NCBI GenBank assembly: GCA_040954595.2
Contig: CM082577.2
Coordinates: 8,829,846-8,893,845, forward strand
Origin: Balanoglossus misakiensis
Taxonomy: Eukaryota > Animalia > Hemichordata
Direction of reading: 5' to 3'
Length of the DNA stretch: 64,000 nt
Positions 29,401 to 44,400 of the stretch are shown in pieces (the stretch's first letter is position 1; each line of letters begins with the position of its first letter). A program made the position numbers and the translations under genes. Under the pieces are notes generated by a model, which saw nothing but the letters and a program-made list of their open reading frames with translations, had not been told where the DNA came from and did not search any database.

Positions 29401-32400
29401 GTCCCCGCCGAAGAAACCCATCTCGTCTAATAGCCGGTTGCATCCATTAGCCAAATTGAGCCAATTTTTTTTTTCTTTCAAAAAAAACACGTCAACACGT
29501 CTCTCAGTTTGAAGGCTTAATTTTGCTATTTGGTGGTGAAGCAGACGCGTCAGCCTGAATAGGTGATGTAATTTCATCAGAAGATTGACAACTGATGGAA
29601 GCTGCCTCGACGAGGACACTGGCCTGGCACAAAGCCTTTGAAAACTCATGTAAACAATGTATTTTCCCTTAAGGTGTATCTGCTTTATCAAGCCTACTTA
29701 AGCAAGGCATTCTGCTCACTTGTTCTTTTTTTTATCACCCACTAGCCTACAGTTCAAGTAGTCAGATTTTCTAAACACACTCATCTGAGACTGCTTCTGG
29801 TGTCTTTCCTTCAGAGCATGTTAGTTTTACGTAGCAAAATGTCATATAGAATATAAAATGTTGAAATTTGAGACCAGAATATGAACAGACAAACATGCCT
29901 TAGCTGTCACTTCCACTAGTAATCTTTGAATGACTGAACGATGCAAAATCCATCATTCATCAGAGTTGTGGGAACGCACATTTTTATACTATTTGACAAT
30001 TTGATCTGTCGCAGATCAGGGAGAATAAAGATGGAAAGATAGCGAAGAAGTGCCTTATACTATAAAAATGTATAAACTGCAGCGAAACAATACACAGGTT
30101 CGTGCTTGCATTCAGTTAAAGTCTAAACGGCTAATGAAATTGTTATGTACGAATAAAAATGGGCAGGTTCTAAATTATGTTCGTCATTGTGTTCAAACTG
30201 CCAGTAATATCAAAAACGCTTTCTGTAATCTTTTCAGTATGGCATCCTCCACAGAATCTTCGGAGTGCGTTATTTTACTATTCTTTACTTTCCATTCAGG
30301 TGTGCGAGGAGTACTGTTTTCTTAATGGTCCCCCACTGATTTCACTATTTGCACAGCTGCTGGGGAGTCCATTTGCACGCAGGCACGCAAATGCGTAGTT
30401 CAAGTGCGGCGTACTCTTGGATAGTACGGATCGATCCAGACGGAATAGTCGTGTCGACGTCGGAGCAATCACGGGGGCCTGGAGGCATCATGATGGCAAC
30501 ACGATGATTCTGAGCGATGGGAATTTGATGGCGACGCCGTAATTACCCTTCCTGACTTTCTACACCAATCTTAACTCTTCCTCATCATTCTGCGGCCGTG
30601 ATTTGAAACGCGCGCGATAATTGCCAAACCCAAACAGCCGCGGACAATTTTGCCCGCGGCGCTGTCACGCTACGATTATTCGCATTGCCATATAGAGTAC
30701 CTGCGCGCCCACAAAGTTCGGAGCACATTGGGGGTACCCGTGCGTACTATTCCCATTGTTTCCAGCGTACAGATAATTATAGCCAAGTGTATTGATGAAA
30801 AATCAATTAAATAGAGTCGTATCCCGGGGAGATATGTTTCGCCAGCTTGACAAATATACATAAAAGGGCTGCACTCAATTACACGTATCGCTGAACACTT
30901 GCTCGTGTATATATCGCGGACGTCGATCGGCGGAAAGTCACCGCAGAAGCTTCATTACAAGCGACTGTAATTGCACCAATGTGATCATCTATTTCTCTGA
31001 AATTGAACGCTCCGGAGAAAAAGTGCCTTTACCCTTCTCACACCACCACTCTCATATGATGCAAGCCCCCACCCACCGCACAAGCAATATCGGGACGCAA
31101 ATGATAATGGTACGGCAGTTTCTACGGCAACTAAATGATCCTGCGTTTGGCCTTTACTGCTCTCTTTCGGGTTGCCAATTACTTCGGCGAGCAATTCCGT
31201 GGCAGCGAGTTGACAACAAACGCCTGAATACAAATTGCAATGAGCAGCTAGCAAATCTAAATGCAAAAGCAATCAAACCGTCATCTCAATCAGTCCTTCT
31301 ATTCAGTGAGAAAATACAACACTAAACAGTGCGAAGTAGGAAACCGTCAGGTGGTTTATCTCATACAAGTACATGTAACTTGCCCTTTAGAGGGACAGTA
31401 CCTGTAAGTTTTTATGAGTATGCATACGTCTAGCAATGTTATTGTTGACATTTGAATTTTAGTCCGGGCTGAAAAAAATCAACTGTCAACAATAACATTG
31501 TTAGTTATGGGCCCAGCCTTAAAGGCTGTTATGAGAAGCTAATTACTGGGCACTTCAACTGACAAATGACAATGTATTTTAAAGGGAGTGGAATCAGAAA
31601 ATGTTATGGATACGCAAAATAAGAATATTTAATAGATTTTTAAATAACAAGTTTTGGCCCAGTTCAATAATCAGAATCATTATGACTGACACATATGATG
31701 AGTTGTGCATCCATCACTACACATTTTTGTCATTTCAATGTCAAATTATGGAACTTCATCCCACATGTACATGAGCTAAAGAAAATCGACAGTGCCCAAG
31801 TTCAACATCAGGGTATAATTCTGTATTCACACTGTGATATCATATTAATTACCTACTATTTAACTGGCACACACTAGGTGTCTGATGAAATCAGCAACAT
31901 CATTGTACACAGTCTTTAACCATCTCACCCCAATTCCCCAATAAATGGACAACGTTGCCACTGAACGCAATGGGTTAGAAAACGGTGAGAAGGTTAATTC
32001 AGGCAGAAATGGCTTCATTTGATCATAAATTGCCAAAACCGCCCATTACGTATGAAGATATAGGACATATACATGATAGCTTCGGATACCTCTAAATGAA
32101 GGTCTGATTAGGGTGGCAGTACATGCCACCTGTACTGTCTTTATTGCAATATTTCTCATCGAAGTTAGACGTGGGAGTGTTGTCTGTCCGCACCAAACTA
32201 TGGGTAGCACATAATGTTTGGCGGAACTGAAAATAGACAGAGTACACATAGGCAAACCAGAGTAAAAGACTATGGCAGTGGGACAAGGCAAAATGTTATC
32301 ACTATGGCAGATGAGACCTAGGTAGGTTCAGGCCGGCCGAGGATTAAAGATCAATGTTTCGCTCTCCATTTACCCCTTTTTCAGCTTAGAAGCACACATG

Positions 32401-35400
32401 ACAAGTTTGACTTTTCTCTAAGAGACAGATCCTCACCGCGACAGAGAATCAAACTCGTCCAGTCGGAACATCATCGGCCACCAGGTGGTGTATCTTTGTA
32501 TAGTGTGTAATTTCATTACTGCTGTCATCAAAAATTCACAGATTAGCTTCCCTTGAAGTAGGAAAACAAGTTTATCAGATTGACACTTTGGCGTCGTCGG
32601 AGCGATTCTGTTTTCAGTCGTTTTTTATTTTCCTCCAGGCCCACTAGAGTGTCCTTGACCGCACAGGCACCGAAATGTAGCCCCGGGGGGAAACTGATCC
32701 GTAGAAAAGGGAGGCAAACTTATAGAGGCATAAATCGCAAATATGTTATGTGCATTAGTTGATGAAACTTTATCTATATCACGTTATATTTCAGAGATAG
32801 TGGGTTTATAATACTTTCCCAGAGGGACTTCCCCACTGCACTCAGAAAGTAATCGAGTCAGGCCATTGAATTTCCGTTGAGGTGGGGGGAATCACTTTTA
32901 GACCTTTGCTTGCAACTCACCTCGTGGATAATCTATGCCGACATTCCAAGCTGTGGATGTGGCAAATGTCCCAGAGCAACGAAAAAGCAGCATTCAGGGC
33001 TAAGCCAGGCATACCATATCAGACAATCGTCTGGTAACATCTCGCAAAAAAATATCGAGTAACCAAGGGAACACTTTAGTCAGCCTTAATGAGAAAACTG
33101 TAAATGCAATTTTAAAAACCATTACAGTAAATTGCAATTAGATGGTGCTATTAAATACAATAACCATTTGCAATCATGGCTTTTATAGCAGGAACATATC
33201 CATTGCATCACTTGTAATGGAACTGTTTCAAGTTCTAAAAAGTTGCAAAATTTGATATGACACAAGAGGTCTCAAAGTCATGATAAGCTATTAATTTGGC
33301 CACAGTTTCAATTCAGAATTTTAACATAAAAAAAAGATTGTTATCACTTGAGAGCACTTAGAGTTAGACCTCAGTTTTACAGATGGAAAAAGACCAAATT
33401 TATTTTTCCAAAGATTCACAAAATTAAATAATTGCAATCATACCCATACATACAACAAAGATCATAGGTGAAATATCACATTTATGTAGCCAAGATAAAC
33501 ACAACATTTATCAGATTATGATTTAAAAATATAGATGTTGTGTCATTCCACGTCTCGCATGATTTTGCCTTTTTTCAATAGTGTAAATTAGTCACTGTAA
33601 ATGATATTTTTTAAACTTCTGAGTTGATATACTAGTACCCCAGGGTCAGATAAACTAGGGTGGGTTCAATTAATTGAACCACAATTTTCTTTTTAATTGG
33701 CCCAATCGAATGACGACATTTGTAAAAAAAATAACTTCACCACTCCTGGGATTACTGATTTCTGTGGAAACAGGGTGCTGCTCACGTCAACTGGACGAAA
33801 CCAGCAGTGTGATTTTAACAAGGCCACCCTGGAAACTCTTGACAGTCATTTTAATTAGTCCTTGTAGATGGATTTTTTCTCCTGGGTTCAGATGAGATCA
33901 TTTTTCTCCTTGGTTAAGCAAACACAACATTGCGCGCTTTTAACAACAAGGTTCAACTCACAAATATTTATCATCATTACATCAACTTGACTGTGTTTTT
34001 TCGTAGTTGAATCTGATTATTTCTAGCGAGGGTGGGAAACTGAATACTTCGTGTTTTGTACTAAGTACCTCAAGGGTGCTTATTCCCCCCCCCCCTCCTC
34101 TCATACACGCTCTAACTTGTGAATGTCAGCCTTTTGAAGCAAAGGTAGAATAGACATTTGCAGCAAGAATGAAACACGTCATATCAGCAGGCATTCTGAT
34201 ATCTCTTTGATAAATCTCGGATTCTGATACTCCACAACTGGTAGTAGCAGCAGCCAGAAGCTATATTCCAGTGAAGAAAGGCTGTCAATAAATATTCGCA
34301 GGTGTTTTTCGGTGTATGGGGTTCTACTGTCAGGAGAAAATGGGTCGGGCACTGCAAGTCTCAATACGCCATAATACAAATGCTGCTATGTGCCCAGGAT
34401 TTTCTCTCTCCTGATGGGCTAGGCTTGCAAAGCAGTGCGAATAATGACTTTCCCAAGTCAGCCGATTTCCCAGAACATACACGCACTGCGATAAGCCACA
34501 ATGTAGACTTATCCCAGATTTAGAAAATCTGCACACAATGCACTTTCAAAGGGACATGGACTGGACCAGTTAGTTTATATCAAAAATCTTTGTTAGCAAA
34601 GTAGAAGAAAAAAATGGATTTCACAGAAGGCAATTGCAAGATTCTCTGAGGAGCTACAACATGACTCTTCATGGAGGAAAATCGGCAGAAATCTCGCTGC
34701 GTAAAGAATTGTATGTATTTCCCTTTCACTTGATTACATGACTTGAATCGTTTCAAAGTAAGTCAGCCTTAGGGTACTGGAGCGTCAAATGCCTTTTTTT
34801 TCTTCTGAAGACGAAGAAAAAATACATGTATGCACACGCAGTACCAAAGGGCATTAAATTTCCGACAGAGATTACTCAAAGAGTTATTCAACGTGGTACT
34901 TTATTTCATTAGGCCAACACAGTTGGATGGTGAATTGCTAACTGATAGACAATTCAATTAGTTATATTCGACTTTCCACGCACTTCACGGAGCTGCGAGA
35001 GTACTCGGGACATCTTGCGCAATTCCCTTTCCTTTTATTTTCGGCTTTGACCTTTCATTGTCAAGTGAGTATTCATAAACGCCCTGCGGGCAATTCGAAG
35101 ATTGCTTCCTCTTTGCAAAACGCAAGAGGAAATAAGTCGTACGTCTCAAACTGAGCCAATTTCTCGCGATTGCTTACGTGGAAACGTACGCAAATCATGA
35201 AACAACCGTCAGTTCCCGAAAGCCACTGCGCCCACATGCTGGCCACGATAGCCGTGCCGCTGCGTGTATCTGATTGTAACGATAATGCGACGCTCTCGGC
35301 GGCAGAGCTTGGCGCAGATGGAGTTCTTCCGCGTGGAAGAAGTGCGAGATGCACCGCTTGGCATCTGTTTCAGTGAATACTGTAAAACACTTTATTTTCG

Positions 35401-38400
35401 CGAGCAATTAATTTTCGTCGAATACGCGAGAGCCAAAATAGCGCGAAAGTAAAAAGCGCGTAAATTGTTTTTGAAGATAACGATGCAGTGAATGAAATAA
35501 GAGAACGCGAAAATTAATACTCGCGAAACAGTGGCCTCTCTCGATATCGCGAAAATAAAGTGTTTTACAGTATCACCTCTGATTACACTGGTCGCTCTGT
35601 CGTTTGAACTTTTAAAGGGAAGCGGTCGTCGCGCCGCGTGGGTGTCCCCCTTGATATGTCCCCCACACCAACGCAAACCCCACTGGAGTCGCCACGACCA
35701 ACTAGGATCTTCAGTTGCTGTCATGCCCAGTCTACGCTGTGGTTGGCTGCTTCGTTCATTCTAAGAATTATTAATTTCAGGGATTTGTGGATGAATTGTA
35801 ATGTTTATAAACAAACAAATGCTGCGTGACGACCGCTTCCCTTTAACACACAGATCGTTGAGAATTGTAATTGCCCCAACCTGCTTTCATCCCTGATCTT
35901 CTCAAATCAGATCAATTTTTTTTAACAATCTCCCTACTATACAATTCATTCTTTGGTGAGAGGCAGTGGATAGCAGACCCATTGATCTTGTGTGTCAAAT
36001 TACTGACTGATTACACCAACCACAGGAGGAATCAAAATAACAAATCGTTGTGTGCGTTTCAAACAAGATGTCTTTGACCTAATCTGACCAACGCATCAAT
36101 CTTTTACATTGCAGGTAATCTATCCTGTGACTGAATACACTGGAATAATCAACTTACACTAACAGGCAACGTTGCAAAGATCAAACTTTGTTGAACTTGT
36201 TTCTCACTGCAGCATTTATACAAACATTTGCTGGCCATGGATCAGTTAGAGGAAGCGACAAAAAGAGTTATGCTTTAAACCTTTTCGTCTTTGGAATCAA
36301 ATTATGTAAAGGGTAAAAAAGAAAAACGGGTCAGACTTTAGAGGTATACAGTCACCTATGGAAATTTAGCTGCAGTTACCATGGCAAATTAAGATCTAGC
36401 CAATCACAGATTTTCAGTGGGTGGCACATATGAAAAAAGAAAAAAGAATGCTACAACATGTTCTCTCAAACACCCAGATATTCCAGACATGCCATTCATG
36501 GACATGCTGAGCTACATGTAAAAATTAAAAAATAATGAAAATAGCAGAAGTAGGTTTTCTCAATGGAATCTTATGGGAAGAGACACAGTCCACAAGCTCG
36601 TAGTACACGTACATCCGTAAAACTATGTTGCCCCAATCACGCAGAAGCCATAACAGTCTCACTCACAAAGAACCTTGTATTACACTCAGACAGATGATTA
36701 ACCAAGATTAACATCATTAACCGAGATTCCCAAGATGCTGACTGATTAAAACTTTGTTTACCACAATCTGTCTGACAAGACTGCAGACTTACAATTCCTG
36801 CTGCCCGGATACAATCAGTAAGGTCAAAATAGTTTTCTACAATTATGAACAACCCTGTGACACTTATCCCATCACTTCGCTGCACCAGAGATGTCTACGT
36901 GTTACATTGTATCTCTTGGACCAAAACAGTTCGCCATGTCTGTTGCCGGACGCCTTTTTTGCTGCCACGCTCCACTCTGTTTTAATACAAAGCCGCAGCA
37001 GTCTTTGCATCAACACTGCGCACGGAACACCCCCAACATCTGGAGAAAGGCTTTTGCAGCACAAACAAGACCACAAAAGCCCGGCTTTCAAAAATTACAG
37101 CTCAGGGCTACAAATCAAACACAGATGCAGGGAAATGGGCACAGCAAAAGGAAGGTTGAGAACGCACAGAAGTAGCATCAGTGATTATTAGCAGCAGAAG
37201 TAAAACAGACGACAGAAAGTTTCACCAGTCCTTGTTGAGGAGTGGACTCATTATATTTCACTTTTCGACAATTTCCTTGTTTACACATGTAATAAGAACA
37301 TATGTATTTTCTGTTCACTGTAATATGCTGAAAATTTCACCATTGCCTTGCTAATTCATATGATTTATGCGTGTAATACTGTTTCTTTCTTGTAGGATTT
37401 TCTTGATCTTTCCACTGCATTTGTTTCTGTATGTACATGTACTGGTACAGCCATCCACCGAAAATAATTGGGTTGAACGAAACTGCAGGGTCGGTGACAA
37501 GGTTACCCCAGTGAAATCTACTAAAATGACAATTCAGCGTATCTCAGTGAACAGAATTTTTTGCTTCTCGCACGACTCGGCCCCTTTGAAGAAAACCTCA
37601 CCTCCGTTGCCTGTCAGACAGGGAGCCCCCTAGGGTCAGGAGAGCAGAGGAGGAGAGAGAAAGAAGAGAGCTATAATTATAGTAGTTATGTTAGTCAGAG
37701 GACGGCAAAAACAGGAAAGTCTTTGGAAGAGATGAATATCGGGAGACGATGGAAATCCAGAATGTTGCAGTGTTGATGCCTGCAAATAACATGTTAGTTA
37801 GTTAGTTACACTTTTAAAACACTCACATGATATTAGCTTTGAAAACGCCACTTTACTGTTTTGCATCAACCTGGTATTATTTTGCACATATCACTAATAC
37901 TGGGGCAATATCTGTGAACAATTACCGTAAAATCAATTATACAAAACCACAAATGATTTTACTTGGTTCGTAAAATCAGTTTGGGGCATTGTTTTGAAGT
38001 GCTGTGGTTTTCCTGTATTTCTGATTTTAAAACACTACATAGATTATATGTGCGTGTATCTGTCACTACCGTACAGTACAGATATTGCATAAAACATGAT
38101 GGTTTGCCTGTTGAGTCGCCCCAACACAGTCTGTTTCCCTGAATAAATTGGAAAGTCACTGAGCTACATTTGTGATGTACACTGGGCAGACCACCCTTTT
38201 AGCATTGGGTATGGACTGCATGGATCTGAACATGGTAATTTAGCAAATGCCAAAGACAGAAATACACAGTCTGTCTGCACACACATGCACAGACACTGCA
38301 CTAGCACTCTGGTTCCACGAAGAACAAAGTTATGACTGGGAAAGGGTTGTGTAATGCTGCACATTGCGGCAATGGGGTCACAGACTACCTCTTGGCCTAA

Positions 38401-41400
38401 GAGAAGCATGACATGTTTTCCCCTAAAATGTTTAACTTTTTCATCCTGTTTCCCTCTGTAGACGTCCAATTTCATCACAGAAAACAACAGACTTGGAGCG
38501 AACCATTGCGGTGAAGGGGTTTAAAGCAGAAACAACGTTATCTCAAGTCGACCAGACAAATAAGGGGTTCACTTGACATCTGTATCATTCCTAAATCAAC
38601 CAACAATTCATATGAAGTCCATTCCCTAGGATTGGGATGTGCACTAAGGCACAACAACTTCATGTACATGTATCTAGGTGATGGGCGCTAAATGATTCTT
38701 CCTACGAGCTGTGAGATACTAACACTACGCTCAAGCTCTGAAAGACTAGGGAAGTGCTAAAAAAACACCTCAAACCACACACACAAATGCTTACACACAC
38801 TTCACCTAATATATCATCAAGCACAACCATTGTAACATCCCACTACACACACCACTGCCAATAAATATTTATAATGTAAGTTTGCATTTTCACTTCAGGC
38901 CTGGCCTTATTTTGATAGTGCTATCTGTGCTCACACGAGTCCCAGCTGTAATGGTTTGATTGGCAGGAGGTAGACAAGATCTGGGGCAGTGTGTGTAGAG
39001 ATATGTCACAAAGTGGGTTAATAGACATCACACTCACTCACTCACACATACATACATACATACATACATACATACATACATACATACATACATACATACA
39101 TGTACGCGCACGCACACACACACACACTCACAAGAAATCATGCATGCTAACTAACACACACTACTTCTATTGGGTATTTATTTAAAAAAATAGAATATAT
39201 AAGATGAGGTTACATACGCATGCTACACAGCTTTTCTGGCAGTGAGGGTTAGGAAGATGTACTTGCCTTGACATGGATACCATTCTTCAACATGGCTGAT
39301 CGAAGAATGAGTGCCTGTCAGGTAAAAAAGAGAGAGTCATGAAAGACTTTTCTGCATTGTGAAAATAAAATGTGTCTAAAACGTCAACGACAGATAACAG
39401 TGAACACTGCATTACTGTCATTACTAACTGTTTCTGTATTTCGAAACAATGGTGTCTAAAACGTCAATGATAGAATACAGAGAAAAAACAGTCCTTATAG
39501 ACACCTCTCTTTAAGGACATATTTTTCAAGACAAACAAATGTTATTGTTAAAAGAAGATTTTCTAAGAACATTCCTTGACATTGCTACTGATAATACATG
39601 TACATATTCCAAAAATGTTTAACCTGTCATTTTCACAAACAACCCTTCCATTTTCCAAGAATGCATGCACATGTCACAATTCTCTGGATGTAGACTCATC
39701 AAAACTACACATTCTGTCATCGAAGTAGAATGACCGTATTGCACTGCGGCGGACCCGTGAAAATTGCTTCCATGACATTTTGTGAAATTACTGCAACCTT
39801 TTCCGCCTGGAGCCGAGGCATCAACAAATTCCCAACATCACTTTGAGAAGATGGAGAATTTTCCGCCCGAGGCTGTGAATTTATGCCGGGAATATTGCCC
39901 ATATGATTGCCATCTGACAATGCAATGAAATATGGGGTTGATTTTATTAATGGATCTGGGACAGTTACCACTAGACATTCATTTACTCACTGGCCACTGG
40001 CCCTAGCCATAACCCTCGTCCTAAATAATGAGTGGTGGATTTCCAGGGGGATAGCCTCATTGATACCAGTAAAAGCAGCTAAATGATGAAAATTTCCCTT
40101 GATGCTGGTTGCGAAATGAACCAATACATGCTGACCACAGACTATGCCTAACACTGCATTCACCTTGTATTTGCAGTCTTTTCATTTAACTTTAAGGAAT
40201 GGGACCACTCATGAGTGTTGAACCAATAACTGACTTATACAATATACATGTATATATGACATTATGATTCTACTAAGTCTGGCCACTGAGGGCGTAAATC
40301 AAAGACAATGCCCACCAGCTACACTTTTATGTATTTTATTCAATGAATTAAAATCAATTTATCGATGAGATGACCTTATAGCAATAACATTCAAATTCAA
40401 CTTACACAGTTCTTGTGCATATGCTGGTTCTGGTTTTTCGAGGCCATATTAATATCACGGGTCAGTGCAAAATGAAAGCACAGATGGTAACATGCCACAA
40501 GGGCATTCACATTGTGCGCGCTGTGTATTCCGTGATAAGACTGAGCTGGCGAGCACAAAGATTCTCGGTTCAGATTTTGTTTTTCTTTGAGAGAGAGTAA
40601 GAAGAAACACAATCAGCTTACACTGACTAGAGGCAAGCTTTTCATTCCAAATGGGAAACTTAATTACTTTAACATTGGGTTGTTTGTAAGAGAAAAAGGT
40701 TACTCCCGGTAGCACATTAAATTTCTCTGTCTTGTAAAGGTGAGCGTCCTCCTAGGCTGATGAATGATTTACATGTACAATGTCATTTTGCCATTTGTAC
40801 CGATAACAAATTCTTGGATGGACTCAAGGCCTAATTAGCTGCACATCTTTGCTATAACCTGAAAATATCTTCAAATCTTCTGAGATACTCTTTAAATTCT
40901 AATGATAGCCTCGGTAAGTCTATTTTAATGACGTTCATTAGCGAGATAGATTGGGCAAGTAAATTCAACCATTCTCTCAGTTTTATACTCAAAGTAAAAA
41001 TGCAAGATTGTTGTGGAAAACATGTGCAAAGTTGAATAATGAATGAATCTACCTGTACATACAGTACAGTAGCTGTATAGCATGAAGATTCTAATTTCTG
41101 ATCAACCAGTGCAGTAGAAGTTGATTGTACAGCCACAGTACATTCTCTCTCTCTCTATCTATCTCCCTCCCTCCCTCCCTCCCTCACACACATCCACCCA
41201 CCCACCCACCCCCTAGTGGGCCAAAACATATACAGAAAACATCAACAAAGAATGGGGAAATACTAGACACAGTTTAACCACAGAAAGTGTTAACTGCGCA
41301 AGACCAGCAGAACTTAGAAATCACTCAGTCTCACTTTCCAACTTGTAACTTTTCCCCCAAGCACAGAGAAATCTGCACCAAAACAAATTTCCTCTCAGTG

Positions 41401-44400
41401 ATGGCAACTGATCTTATCCGTCGTTTATATCTTGGGGTTAGACAACCTGTGGCAGTCACAACTGGTGACACCAACCAAGCAGAAAATTCCTGTAAATAAG
41501 AAACTACCAGCGGAAATTCACAGCCAAGATATGGTGCAATCTATCTTGACGGAATCATTCATCTAAATAATGGGTATGTGCTGATGTTTTCACAAAAGGC
41601 TGCGAGTCGGAAAGTGTCCCAAGTCATTTCACATGTGTACCAGGTTCCTACTGGCATACCCAAGTCATCTACGGAAGTTTGTGTAGCTTTTTACACATGA
41701 AGTTTTTAAATCCTGTCTGGTAATTCAAGGACTTGAATCGCAATGGGCTTGCACTGGAGTAAGCATCTAATGTTCAAACACACTTCCTGTTACCCAATAG
41801 ATTGCTTCCCTTTTTTCCACATTCACCAATCAAATGTTTCCTTCTGTATCTTGTGAATCAGTTTGAGATCTCTACATATAAGCTGGTCTGTCATTGGTAC
41901 CTACATTTACTTCCCTTATGTTGCTCAAGTATGCCATGTAGTGGGAATGTTAAAAGAAATATCCATGCAGACCTCACAAGCTACCTCGATGTATTTCTAA
42001 AACCCAAAATTATAATTTGAATATAGAATGTTACCTGTGTATTAAGAACAACTCTCTAATGAGGACAGGTTTTACTGTTCCAAAAGGTGGCTTTAATAGA
42101 CAGGTTTCATTGTATGTGTATACTGAATAATGTTACATTACCTTTGTACGTCTTTGGTATGCTTTACCCATGGCAAGTGATTTTTCAAAAGTGGTGCTGC
42201 GTTGATCTACATCTCTAGCATACAATATCTGCAGGCAATGGAGAACAGAAAAGAAGACAAAGTTTTGATTTGTTTTGTTTTTTTTTGTTTTGAGTATGTA
42301 CAGCATCAACCCCTAGCAGAGCACTCCCGTATACGTAGCTCTACCTTTGAAGTTCAACAAAGCATAATTTTACTCAAATTACTAAGATATCTTATGTTTG
42401 CCATCTGGCAGTTCTTGAAATGCCAAATTGTCACTGAATCCCCCAAAGCATTCTGTTGTGAGGTTGTCATGAAGACGTGTAAAAATGAAAGTGGCATCGA
42501 TAAAGTTCTGGAGAAGTCTCCCTTTTTGTAGGACAGTTCACCGTCTGTATATGAGGACTTCAACACGTACGCCAAATTGCAAATGTTAGCGAACAGGATA
42601 CAGGCACATTGAAATGCAATGGCCCAGAGGGGACCAATTCTCTCTTGCACTCTTCAATTGAGCTTGATGTTTGGTTCAATAAACAGTACCTATGTAATTT
42701 CCTTTTTAGGCACATCACTGTTGAAGTTGTTAGACTGGGCGGAAGAATCTGTGTACAGACAGACCTCAGACAGACGCACGCACGCACACACGGGAGTCCT
42801 GACATATCATTAAACCTTTGAGAAGACTGTTCACGTAGTGCCCCCTCTACCACCAATAAATAAATACATGTCCACAAATTCTGGCCCCATCCTCAAACAC
42901 CAATGTACATGTTTATTCTAAGACCATGTTTCATGACCTTCTATTCAGCGGTTTTAAACTTTAAGACATTTGCATACACAATACCAGTCTCCATCCATCC
43001 GTCCATTTGGTCACCCTCTACTGCAAGGCCACCATATCCCTATAGCATTGCTGACATTGTCACGGTGATCGTGTTCAAAATGACCGAGTGATTTGCACGT
43101 AGAATATTGAGTGATTCCATCAGCAAGATTACTTTACCTTATTATGCGAGTCGATGCGAGCACTGATCTGCCCATCTAGTATAAGCTGCATCAGCTCATC
43201 TTCAAGCTCAGTCACTGTAGTGTTAAAGGCCGAAGCCATCTTCCTCATGTCTGCTGACATGTACGGACTGAAATACTGAGGGGGTGAGATGCAATGCACA
43301 CAAACTAGATTATTATCTGGCTTTGCTTTTACATTTTAACAGTCTAAGAAATACAATTTATGTGTTAAACCTAATCTACACTTTTGATGACCACTTTCTG
43401 AGTGAAGTAATGTGCATAGACAAGCACACACAGACTCTCTCTCTCTCTCACACATGCGCGCGGTATGGAGAGGAGACGTTTTCAAAGTGTAATGCATAAA
43501 AGGCAAAATAATACAGGATGAAATAGGTCAAATTTTTATGAAATACCAGAACACACGTCCACACATTTTGTGACGAATGAGGAAGTTCTCTCAACTTGTA
43601 TGTAATCACGAAGTCCTAACAATAAACATAAGACAGCGTGAGAGAATGTTCGCGGATACACTCTGTTGGCTAAATGAAAACACTGGCTAAATTTGAACCA
43701 CAAATCACCGTCTGCCCTGAGGCTAGGAGTACCATTACGCGAAACGGAACTGATTGCTCAATTACGTAACTGACAGGACAACGCTGACGGAGTGAATTAT
43801 TCCCCACTTTTCATGAATCTTAAAATGTTCCTATCATGCAAATATCGAGCTCCTCAAGATGATAACTGTAATCTGTGGATGCAGCTTTAATGGCACTTGT
43901 ATGGAGTGTAGATTTCAATCTCCATACATTTATGCAGCTCTATATTTGAGGCGGCACTTTGCATGTCGCCGTCGCCTTTACCTGGATCAACGCTCTGTTT
44001 CTGATCTGGGTGTACAGCGTGTTGACGTGGGGCGCCAGGTACATGTCCAGCAGCAGGTTGTCCTTGATTTCGTCCAGAAGTTTCAGGCAGCACGCGTACT
44101 TGGATTCGTAAAACTTGAAGATGATGTCTCGCAGCTGAGGTTCCAGCTCCAAAAACAACTTGAAAGAACTAGGGGAGACAGACAGACAGTGAGAAGAGAA
44201 AAAATTGACAAGTTTTGCAGGATAGCTTTTTTTACAAAAATATTGCATCCATTTGAAGCAAAACTGATTTTTTTCTCTCCCCTATATGAAGTCAATGTAT
44301 AGTGCACAGCCTTCTCACCTGCTAGATATGACATTTTTCTGCAATTCCTGCCTGTCAAAGGAGGCCAGAGCACACAAGCCACCGTACATGGCCACATTGT

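Noticed and set aside
36754-37191. 145-aa plus-strand ORF
   Set aside because: No homology seen; it lies antisense to the putative 3' UTR of the alternative GPS1 exon.
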